Of a stretch of DNA of 56,207 nucleotides, positions 25,423-32,994 are shown in pieces; the first letter of the stretch is position 1; each line of letters begins with the position of its first letter. A model generated the notes under the pieces. That model ran no database searches. It worked only from the letters and a program-made list of their open reading frames with translations, and was not told the DNA's origin. A program made the position numbers and the translations under genes. Source of the DNA: Elusimicrobiota bacterium (lineage in GTDB: Bacteria; Elusimicrobiota; Elusimicrobia; F11); contig JBJXGI010000046.1 in NCBI GenBank assembly GCA_046153645.1, forward strand, positions 1-56,207, in the 5' to 3' direction.

Positions 25423-26286
25423 TTACCCTGGATTCCCGATAGAGACATTCGGGAATGACGGATTATTGAAACCTTTAACAAATTCTTCTAATCCTTGTTC
25501 CCAGGGAGGCAAACAAATTTCTTCTGTTCTCACCGTTGTTAAAGCGGAATAAGGTGGTCGAAAAGCAGGACGTGGAAACTCTTTGGTTGTCACTGGGTGG
25601 ACTTCTGTTTTGATTCCCATCAGCTCATAAAATGTTTTTGTTAAATCAAACCATGTGGTAACACCATGACCAGCCAAGTGATAAACCCCACTCACATTTT
25701 TTTCAATTAATTGTAACAAGCCTAAAGCCAAATGAGGCGCAAACGTGGGAGAACCGAATTGATCATTGACCACGCGTACCAAAGGTTTGTTGATTTGGCC
25801 ATACATGGTTTTTAAAAAATTTTTACCATGCCAATGGTAAACCCAAGCCGTTCGAACGACCAAATGTTGTAAATCTATTTTTATGACTGCCACTTCGCCT
25901 TCACGTTTGCTTTTTCCATACACAGATAAAGGGCGAGTGGCATCTTTTTCGTGATAAGGCCGCCCCAACAAACCGTCAAACACATAATCGGTTGAAATGT
26001 GAACCAACTTAACGTTGTTTTCAGAGCAAATTTGTGCCAAAAAACCAGGCGCCTCACGATTGATACGATAAGCTTCTTCCGCTTGAGTTTCAGCGCCGTC
26101 AACATTTGTAAATGCAGCAGCATTAATAAGAACATCTGGTTTTTCATGGACAATGACTTGGGCCACTTGTTTTTGATTGGTGATATCGAATTCTAATCGG
26201 TTTAAGGCAACAATTTGGGCTCTACTCTTAAGGTTTTGGAGAGCATTTCCCAACTGACCCTGGGCACCAGAAACGAGGATTTTCAT
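25423..26286 (-). CDS. rmlD: dTDP-4-dehydrorhamnose reductase
   Basis: GAQGQLG, NAAAFT.VD.AE, HISTDYVFDG, YGKSK, DQFGSPT, RP.YS.L. Confidence 0.95.
   Translation of the reverse strand: MKILVSGAQGQLGNALQNLKSRAQIVALNRLEFDITNQKQVAQVIVHEKPDVLINAAAFTNVDGAETQAEEAYRINREAPGFLAQICSENNVKLVHISTDYVFDGLLGRPYHEKDATRPLSVYGKSKREGEVAVIKIDLQHLVVRTAWVYHWHGKNFLKTMYGQINKPLVRVVNDQFGSPTFAPHLALGLLQLIEKNVSGVYHLAGHGVTTWFDLTKTFYELMGIKTEVHPVTTKEFPRPAFRPPYSALTTVRTEEICLPPWEQGLEEFVKGFNNPSFPNVSIGNPG
25428..25461. repeat. Single GTCA-type REP overlapping the rmlD 3' end
   Basis: ctggattcccgatagagacattcgggaatgacgg; near-identical to 32821-32851. Confidence 0.85.
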
Positions 26287-26849
26287 TTTTTAAAATATTG
26301 TGAGAAATGTTTTGTTTTTGAAATAATCTCATCCAAACTAAAACCCCCAACATCTTTAGAAGAAAGAATGGGGTTTCCATTGGGCCAGCGTATGGCTAAC
26401 TTGGGATCATTCCATAAAAGAGAAACTTCGCTTTTAGGGTCATAATAATCAGTACATTTATATTCAATCTCAACCACGTCACTCATTGAATAAAAACCGT
26501 GCGCAAAACCGAGAGGCACATAAACTTGTCTAAAATTTTCAGCTGAGAGTTCATACCAATCCCACTGTAAAAAAGTAGGAGATCCTGGCCTTAAATCAAC
26601 CACCACATCGTAAATTTCACCTTGCAACACTCGTATCAGTTTTCCTTGGGTATGATTCAGTTGCAAATGGAGCCCTCTTAAAACGCCTTTACTGGAACGG
26701 GAATGATTATCTTGAACAAAAGGCGCTTCAACCCCCAATTCTTGATATTTGGTTTGCTGATAACTTTCAAAGAAAAACCCACGGTCATCTTTAAACACGC
26801 GAGGTTCAATAACAATAACTCCATTTAATTTACTGGGAATAATTTTCAT
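26283..26849 (-). CDS. rmlC: dTDP-4-dehydrorhamnose 3,5-epimerase
   Basis: DDRGFFFESY, QDNHSRS..GVLRGLH, GFAHGF, YKCTDYY. Confidence 0.96.
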   Translation of the reverse strand: MKIIPSKLNGVIVIEPRVFKDDRGFFFESYQQTKYQELGVEAPFVQDNHSRSSKGVLRGLHLQLNHTQGKLIRVLQGEIYDVVVDLRPGSPTFLQWDWYELSAENFRQVYVPLGFAHGFYSMSDVVEIEYKCTDYYDPKSEVSLLWNDPKLAIRWPNGNPILSSKDVGGFSLDEIISKTKHFSQYFKK

Positions 26850-27722
26850 TTAAGAATTCTTTTTTTCAATCAGTTGAAGTAAATATTTTCCGTATTCGTT
26901 TTTAAGCGGCTCAGCTAATTTTTTCAGCTGATCAGGCGAAATGTATTTGAAATGAAATGCGATTTCTTCTAAACAAGCCACTTGTAAACCCTGCCGCTCT
27001 TCAATGGTTTGAATAAAATTCGACGCTTGTAACATGGATTCCGGAGTTCCCGTATCCAACCACGCAAATCCGCGTCCCATTTTTTCAACAAAAAGTTCAC
27101 CAGAACTTAAATACAATCGGTTTAAATCTGTAATTTCAAGCTCCCCCCTCGAGGAAGGTTTTAATTTGGCAGCCAGAGAAACCACTTTGTTGTCATAAAC
27201 ATAAAGGCCTGGCACCGCATAATCAGATTTAGGCGTTTTAGGCTTTTCTTCAAGGCTGATTGCCTTCCCTGTTGAATCAAACTCAACCACACCATATCGC
27301 TCAGGGTCCTTAACTTGATAAGCAAAAATGGTAGCACCTTTATTTCGAGAAGCGGCTCTTTCCAAAAGCTCTGGAAGCCCGTGCCCATAAAAAATGTTAT
27401 CTCCCAAAACCAAGGTGACAGAATCACTACCCACAAAATCTTTTCCAATAATAAAAGCTTGAGCCAAACCTTCTGGTTTGGGTTGGGCCGCATAAGAAAT
27501 ATGTAGCCCTATCCAAGAACCATCTCCCAACAATCTTTTAAACGCTTCTTGTTCGTGCGGGGTGGTGATAATCAAAATATCTTTAATACCAGATAACATT
27601 AAAGTAGAAAGCGGATAATAAATCATGGGTTTATCGTAAACAGGAACAAGCTGTTTACTAATACCTCTTGTAATCGGGTGAAGGCGGCTACCCGATCCGC
27701 CCGCCAAAATAATACCTTTCAT
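26850..27722 (-). CDS. rmlA: Glucose-1-phosphate thymidylyltransferase
   Basis: [14 protein letters not shown]...[37 protein letters not shown]. Confidence 0.97.
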   Translation of the reverse strand: MKGIILAGGSGSRLHPITRGISKQLVPVYDKPMIYYPLSTLMLSGIKDILIITTPHEQEAFKRLLGDGSWIGLHISYAAQPKPEGLAQAFIIGKDFVGSDSVTLVLGDNIFYGHGLPELLERAASRNKGATIFAYQVKDPERYGVVEFDSTGKAISLEEKPKTPKSDYAVPGLYVYDNKVVSLAAKLKPSSRGELEITDLNRLYLSSGELFVEKMGRGFAWLDTGTPESMLQASNFIQTIEERQGLQVACLEEIAFHFKYISPDQLKKLAEPLKNEYGKYLLQLIEKKNS

Positions 27723-28804
27723 GATTTTACCAACCCCAAACGTTCTCGTCGGTATTTACCAGATTGCACCAATTCACACCATTGTTTGTGTTCAAGGTAC
27801 CATTCCACGGTTTTTTTCATATTTTCTTTATAGGAGTGTTTCGGTTCCCATCCGGTTTCTTTTCTGAATTTGGTGGCATCAATTGCGTAACGTTTATCGT
27901 GACCGGGGCGATCTGGCACAAACGTTTTCAACTCTTTATAAGAAGAAATGTTTTTATCTTTTAAATTTTGGTTTTGTTGAATGGGTAAAAACTCATCTAA
28001 CAAAGAACAAATGGTATCAATAGTTTGTAAATTGGTTTTCTCGTTTTCGCCGCCAATATTATAGGTTTCCCCCACTCGACCTTTTTTCCACGCTAAATAA
28101 AGCCCCGCACAGTGATCTTCTACATATAACCAATCGCGAACATTGCTGCCGTCGCCATAAATAGGAAGCGGTTTTCCTTCCAACGCATTTAAAATGACGA
28201 GCGGAATTAATTTTTCAGGAAATTGAAACGGCCCATAATTATTTGAACAGTTGGTTACAATCACTGGAAGGCCATAAGTGTGGTAATAAGCTTTGGCCAA
28301 ATGGTCACCTGCTGCTTTTGAAGCCGAATACGGAGAGCGCGGGTCATAAGCGGTGGTTTCTTTAAAAGCCCCTGTTTTACCTAAACTGCCATACACCTCA
28401 TCGGTAGAAATTTGAAGATAACGAAACTTTTCTTTATTTTCATCGGAAAGACCCGCAAAATATTTTTTGGTTGATTCTAAGAGGACCATGGTACCCATCA
28501 CATTGGTGTTAATAAAAACATGGGGGCCTTCAATAGAACGATCGACATGCGTTTCAGCGGCCAAATTAAACACGCCTTGAGGTTCATATTCTTTGAAGAT
28601 ATTCGCCATCATATGAGAATCTTGAATATCGGCTTCAACAAAAACAAATCGCGGGTGATGCATAACTTCTTTAAGACTCGCTAAGTTCCCTGCATAGGTG
28701 AGTTTGTCAACAACAATAACCCGGTCTTGAGATGAGTTTAAGATGGTTCGAACTAAATTGGAGCCAATAAAACCGGCCCCACCAGTAACAATAAGCGTAT
28801 CCAT
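27719..28804 (-). CDS. rmlB: dTDP-glucose 4,6-dehydratase
   Basis: [60 protein letters not shown]. Confidence 0.97.
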   Translation of the reverse strand: MDTLIVTGGAGFIGSNLVRTILNSSQDRVIVVDKLTYAGNLASLKEVMHHPRFVFVEADIQDSHMMANIFKEYEPQGVFNLAAETHVDRSIEGPHVFINTNVMGTMVLLESTKKYFAGLSDENKEKFRYLQISTDEVYGSLGKTGAFKETTAYDPRSPYSASKAAGDHLAKAYYHTYGLPVIVTNCSNNYGPFQFPEKLIPLVILNALEGKPLPIYGDGSNVRDWLYVEDHCAGLYLAWKKGRVGETYNIGGENEKTNLQTIDTICSLLDEFLPIQQNQNLKDKNISSYKELKTFVPDRPGHDKRYAIDATKFRKETGWEPKHSYKENMKKTVEWYLEHKQWCELVQSGKYRRERLGLVKS

Positions 28805-28859
28805 AGAAATTTTTCCTTACCTGAGAGTAAAAATTAAATGTAATTTATTATCTCATTTT

Positions 28860-30197
28860 ATGCCTGATAATTCACCTTATGATGTTATTGTTGTAGGCGC
28901 GGGGCTTGCGGGCCTTACGGCCGGTTATTATTTATCTAAAAAGGGCTCCCAAGTTCTTATTTTAGAAGAAAGCGCGCGCGCAGGCGGCATGGTTTATTCT
29001 TCTTTAAAACAAGGTTATTTGCTTGAACACGGCCCCCAAACCGTTCAACCCAAAAAAGAGCTCATCGAACTTTTGAGTGATATCGGTATTTTAGACCAAG
29101 CGATTTATTCTAACCCCAAGGCCCCTCGATACATTTGGCAACAAAACACTCTTAAAAAAGTGCCCATGGGTCCTGCAGAACTTCTCAAAACAAATTTATT
29201 ATCTTTAAAAGCCAAAGTTAGATTGTTATATGAGCCTTTTATTTCAGCTCAAAATATTAACAACGAAAATATTTTTGACTTTGCCCAACGAAGAATGGGC
29301 ATTGAGGTGGCAAAAAATCTTATTTCCCCCTTTGTTTCTGGTGTTTGGGCAGGGGATCCACACTTATTAGACATTCAATATTCATTTCCTCAGCTAAAAA
29401 ATTTTGAACTAAATCACGGAAGTATTTTCAAAGGAATCGCCCATTCATTAAAAGAAAAAAAAGCTCCACTTCCCAAAGGACTTCTTTCTTTTCCAAAAGG
29501 ACTTGGAGAAATACCACAAAAACTCTCTACCCTTCTTAAAGAAAAGATTCGTTTTAACTCTTCAGTTGAAAATATTTCATTTCAAAACGATGAATGGGCC
29601 CTTCTGTTGAAAAGTGGCGAGACATTGATCACAAAACAATTAATAATCGCTTCCCCTGCCCATAAAATACAAGGAACTCTTCAAGGAGTTTCAAAAGAAT
29701 TATCTGAAAATTTAAAAAGACTCGAATATGCGGCCGTCAAAGTTTTATCGCTGGGGTTTGATGAAAGTCTATTCACAAAAAATACAAACGGTTTCGGGTT
29801 CTTAGTGGCACCTGATGAAAAGAAATCATTTTTGGGTTGTATTTTTAGCTCTCATTTATTCCCAAACCGCGCCCCTCAAGGGAAAAAATTATTAAGTCTT
29901 TTTATTGGTGGCACAACTCAGAAAGATAAATTCAATCAAAACGAAGATACCCTTCTCTCTGACATCCTCAAAAACTTAACAGACATGCTGGGGTTAAACG
30001 GACCCCCTGAATTTATTCATTGGACCCGCTACGATAAAGCGATCCCGCAATACAACCAAAATTACTCACAAGTCATCGACACTATCAATGACATAGAAAT
30101 AAAATATCCCACTCTCCACTTTATCGGAAATATGCGCGGCGGCATTTCCGTTGGAGATGTAGTTAAAACAGCGAAAGAAAGAGTTTTGTCTAGCTGA
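28860..30197 (+). CDS. hemY: Protoporphyrinogen/coproporphyrinogen oxidase (HemY/HemG, FAD-dependent)
   Basis: [45 protein letters not shown]; start set at ATG 28860 to avoid overlapping divergent rmlB. Confidence 0.9.
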   Translation: MPDNSPYDVIVVGAGLAGLTAGYYLSKKGSQVLILEESARAGGMVYSSLKQGYLLEHGPQTVQPKKELIELLSDIGILDQAIYSNPKAPRYIWQQNTLKKVPMGPAELLKTNLLSLKAKVRLLYEPFISAQNINNENIFDFAQRRMGIEVAKNLISPFVSGVWAGDPHLLDIQYSFPQLKNFELNHGSIFKGIAHSLKEKKAPLPKGLLSFPKGLGEIPQKLSTLLKEKIRFNSSVENISFQNDEWALLLKSGETLITKQLIIASPAHKIQGTLQGVSKELSENLKRLEYAAVKVLSLGFDESLFTKNTNGFGFLVAPDEKKSFLGCIFSSHLFPNRAPQGKKLLSLFIGGTTQKDKFNQNEDTLLSDILKNLTDMLGLNGPPEFIHWTRYDKAIPQYNQNYSQVIDTINDIEIKYPTLHFIGNMRGGISVGDVVKTAKERVLSS

Positions 30198-30224
30198 ATA
30201 AAACCTTGCAAAATGAATATACCA

Positions 30225-30280
30225 TTGAGTATTGAGAACTGTGATGCTAAGATAGCATCTAATAAAAATCTAATTAGATG
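30225..30280 (+). promoter_or_regulatory. sigma70 promoter and palindromic operators of the second phd-parE module
   Basis: TTGAGT (30225-30230), 17 nt, TGc-TAAGAT (30248-30253); GATGCTA-aga-TAGCATC (30243-30259); ATCTAATTAGAT (30268-30279). Confidence 0.75.
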
Positions 30281-30292
30281 TGAGGTTAACCT

Positions 30293-30583
30293 ATGTTTAA
30301 TATTAGCGAAGACATTCATTCTCTCACCGACTTTAAACGCCACACTTCAAACTATGTGAAGAAAATAAAATATCGCCGCCGACCCATGGTTCTTACTATC
30401 AATGGAAAAGCCGCCATTATCGTCCAAGATGCAGGTTCTTACCAGAAATTAGTGGAACTTGCAGATCAATATGAAGCCCTTTCTTTTGTTCAAAAGGGCA
30501 TTGCACAATCCAAAAAAGGTAACGTCATATCATTAGAGAAGTTTGATAAGCATATGCGCAAAAAACATGCCATATTGCGTTAA
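30293..30583 (+). CDS. Phd/YefM-family antitoxin
   Basis: DIHSLTDFKR, RPMVLTINGKA..IVQDA.SYQ; paralogous to 21465-21743. Confidence 0.9.
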   Translation: MFNISEDIHSLTDFKRHTSNYVKKIKYRRRPMVLTINGKAAIIVQDAGSYQKLVELADQYEALSFVQKGIAQSKKGNVISLEKFDKHMRKKHAILR

Positions 30584-30878
30584 GCTGACCCCCCAAGCAC
30601 AAAAAGATACAGAAGACTTATATAAATGGATTATTCGACGGGCACCACATCAAGGGACCACTTGGTATAACGGATTAATTAAGGCTATTGCCTCTCTCGC
30701 TTATTCCCCTCAACGATGCCCCGTTACTATTAAAGGTAAAGAGCTGAATAAACCAGTTCATCAATTGTTATATGGAAAAAGACCCTACAGAATATTTTTT
30801 TGGATTATGAATCAAGAGGTACATGTTTTACATATTCGTAGGGGCGCCCAAAAACCATGGAGACCTAAAGAACTATGA
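30567..30878 (+). CDS. RelE/ParE-family toxin
   Basis: V.LTPQA.KD...LY.WI, SL...PQRCP, YRIFF, V.VLHIRRGAQ; start set at ATG 30567 overlapping the antitoxin end. Confidence 0.88.
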   Translation: MPYCVKLTPQAQKDTEDLYKWIIRRAPHQGTTWYNGLIKAIASLAYSPQRCPVTIKGKELNKPVHQLLYGKRPYRIFFWIMNQEVHVLHIRRGAQKPWRPKEL

Positions 30879-30882
30879 TACG

Positions 30883-30925
30883 ACTTGACGAAATACTTGA
30901 CGTAAACTTGACGTAACGGTAAACT
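30883..30925 (+). promoter_or_regulatory. fic promoter with three ACTTGACG direct repeats
   Basis: acttgacg at 30883, 30895 and 30906; TTGACG (30897-30902), 17 nt, TAAACT (30920-30925). Confidence 0.75.
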
Positions 30926-30934
30926 ACCGAAGTC

Positions 30935-31921
30935 ATGTATAAACCCATTTTTGAAATAACACCCGAACTACTGCGATTGATATCAGAAGCCACGGAATTA
31001 AAAACATGGATCCACGAATCACTGATCAATGTGCCGTGGCTTCCCCAACTTCAAAAAGAAACAATCATTCGACTTACGCATTCTTCAACATCGATTGAAG
31101 GAAATCCTCTTTCATTAGATGAGGTTGAAATGCTCCTAGATGGGAAAAAAACTTCTGGGTCAGATAAAGACAAACTCGAAGTCACCAATCAATACAAAGC
31201 TCTCAAATGGGTTTCCAAGAAAAAGGCGAGAAAAATTATTACGGAAAAATCCCTTCTGACACTCCATAAAATCATTACTAATAAATTGCTTTCTGATAAA
31301 GCGTCAGGGCATTATAAACAGCGTTCCAATAGAGTTATTAATCCAAAAGGGCACACCGTTTATTCCCCTCCTCCTCCAGAAAAAGCCGAAGCCTTAACCC
31401 AAAATTTAATTGAATGGATCAATTCAGATGAAGCAAAAAAATTACATCCCATTATGTTATCGGCCATTGCTCATTTTCAACTTGTTTCGATTCACCCTTT
31501 TTCAGATGGAAATGGCCGCATTTCAAGAGCACTGGGAATATGGCTTTTATACGCGCGCGACTTTGACATCGACCATGTCTGCGCACTTGATGATTATTTT
31601 AAAAATGAGCATCAACTTTATTACGACAAATTAACTCAAACAAGAGAGTTAGATGACGATTTAACTTATTGGCTTAAGTACGTGGCCAAAGGCGTGGTTC
31701 ATACATTAAAACAGACCAAGGAGCGGATTCTCTCGCTCCAAATTTCCCACAAGGGGTCAAAAATCATTCTTACCAAACGTCAGGAAGAAGTGCTGCGTCT
31801 GCTTCGAGATAAAGGCCGGCTCAAAGCACCTGACATTGAGAAAGCCTTTGATTTAACCCGCGCCCGTGTGGCGCAAATCATGAAACCCTTAACGGATGCT
31901 GGATTTGTCATTCGGGAATGA
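30935..31921 (+). CDS. Fic-family protein with C-terminal winged HTH, probably truncated at the extreme C-terminus
   Basis: HSSTSIEGN inhibitory motif, HPFSDGNGRISR Fic motif, C-terminal HTH (LTKRQ..VL..L...TRARV); the stop codon lies inside a REP sequence. Confidence 0.9.
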   Translation: MYKPIFEITPELLRLISEATELKTWIHESLINVPWLPQLQKETIIRLTHSSTSIEGNPLSLDEVEMLLDGKKTSGSDKDKLEVTNQYKALKWVSKKKARKIITEKSLLTLHKIITNKLLSDKASGHYKQRSNRVINPKGHTVYSPPPPEKAEALTQNLIEWINSDEAKKLHPIMLSAIAHFQLVSIHPFSDGNGRISRALGIWLLYARDFDIDHVCALDDYFKNEHQLYYDKLTQTRELDDDLTYWLKYVAKGVVHTLKQTKERILSLQISHKGSKIILTKRQEEVLRLLRDKGRLKAPDIEKAFDLTRARVAQIMKPLTDAGFVIRE

Positions 31922-31960
31922 CGCCCACTTCGTCGTTAGCTCTAAACGCTAAAGAGACAC
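31909..31960. mobile_element. Right-end fragment of the MITE-like element
   Basis: 45/52 identical to 32838-32889 and ends in the TIR gctaaagagacac. Confidence 0.8.
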
Positions 31961-31981
31961 TCAAGTCGACATCAAAGACAG

Positions 31982-32030
31982 CTGCGCTTTAAACTTGGGA
32001 AGCCCCTAAGCGGTACTCATCCAAATTAAG
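31982..32030 (-). repeat. Degenerate duplicate of the giant gene's 3' end
   Basis: 22-nt exact match ctgcgctttaaacttgggaagc (31982-32003 = 32988-33009); encodes NLDEYRLGASQV* versus NLDDVYNLAASQV*. Confidence 0.85.
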
Positions 32031-32077
32031 AAAGGTTCAATGTGTTATCTGTTGACTCTATTTTAATTTCCCATTTT

Positions 32078-32365
32078 TCATTGATTGGTTATACCCCGTC
32101 TTTCCACTAAGCTACCAATAACAAACTTATGAAGAACGCTCGCCATAAGTGTTTGATAAGGAATTCCTTCTTCTAAAGCCTTAGATTGGATGCCTTCCAA
32201 ATCGACAGAGGATAATCGAATGTTCACTCTTTTGTTTTTTTTGACTGTGGTTTGAGCAAACTTCTTCAGCCGATGTATTTCTTTTCTTAAATTGCTTATC
32301 GATTTCCATTCCCCCCGAGCAATAGATCTGACAATTTCTTTTTCTTCGTTTTTATATGAAGACAT
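32078..32365 (-). CDS. BrnA/CopG-like antitoxin
   Basis: GEWKS, KNKRVNIRLS..DL..IQ.KA.EEGIPYQTL..SVLHKF. Confidence 0.88.
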   Translation of the reverse strand: MSSYKNEEKEIVRSIARGEWKSISNLRKEIHRLKKFAQTTVKKNKRVNIRLSSVDLEGIQSKALEEGIPYQTLMASVLHKFVIGSLVERRGITNQ

Positions 32366-32644
32366 TTATTCACCTCGTTTTAAATAATTTTTAGTTAATT
32401 TTCGATCGGGAAATATTGTTTTTAAAAAAATCTCCTTTTTCGTCTCGACAAATGGAACACTATAAACATAGTTCGCGATCTCAACAACAATAACCCTCTG
32501 ATTGGGATACTTTTTTTTATTTTTATGCTCAATTATATCCAGAATTTTACCGTCTTCTATAAGAAGGAGAACTTGCTCAAAACTAACACCCCTCCAAACC
32601 TTAAGCCATTCATTTTTTTCATAATTCCAGACAATTAATTTCAT
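32366..32644 (-). CDS. BrnT-family toxin
   Basis: WN.EKNEWLK..RGVSFE, HKN..KYPNQ, Y.Y.VPFV, FLKTIFP.RK.T. Confidence 0.88.
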   Translation of the reverse strand: MKLIVWNYEKNEWLKVWRGVSFEQVLLLIEDGKILDIIEHKNKKKYPNQRVIVVEIANYVYSVPFVETKKEIFLKTIFPDRKLTKNYLKRGE

Positions 32645-32653
32645 AATTAAACT

Positions 32654-32681
32654 ATTTTACTTGACGTGTGCCTTTTGTCAA
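32654..32681 (-). promoter_or_regulatory. sigma70 promoter/operator of brnTA
   Basis: TTGACA (32676-32681), 16 nt, TAAAAT (32654-32659); TTGAC-N11-GTCAA inverted repeat at 32661-32681. Confidence 0.7.
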
Positions 32682-32718
32682 CACAGAAATAATTTGGCGG
32701 TATCTCTTTAGCATTTTA

Positions 32719-32889
32719 GTGTCTCTTTAGCAGTATTACTTTAGCATCTTGAGTGAATTCAAGAGGTGCAAGTCGTCATCCCCGAAATTCTCTATCGGGG
32801 ATCTAAACTTTGACAAAAAATAGATTCCCGATAACTACATTCGGGAATGACAGCCACTCCGTCGATAACTCAGAACGCTAAAGAGACAC
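32719..32889. mobile_element. 171-bp MITE-like element carrying a REP doublet
   Basis: TIRs gtgtctctttagc (32719-32731) / gctaaagagacac (32877-32889); flanking 8-bp direct repeat gcatttta (32711-32718, 32890-32897); internal gtcatccccga..tcggggatcta / tagattcccga..tcgggaatgac. Confidence 0.8.
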
Positions 32890-32994
32890 GCATTTTAAGT
32901 AAATTTAGAATCCAGTTCATGTTACACCGAATAATTCAGTTGAAATGAATTACCGTACATAGTTCTGAAATATTTTTTTGAACGCAACTGCGCT

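Noticed and set aside
28743..28859. Long N-terminal extension of hemY
   Set aside because: It overlaps divergent rmlB, and the FAD-binding motif begins just after ATG 28860
32700..32897. CRISPR array or integron attC interpretation of the repeats
   Set aside because: No regular repeat-spacer periodicity, no cas or intI gene, and no clear RYYYAAC/GTTRRRY ends
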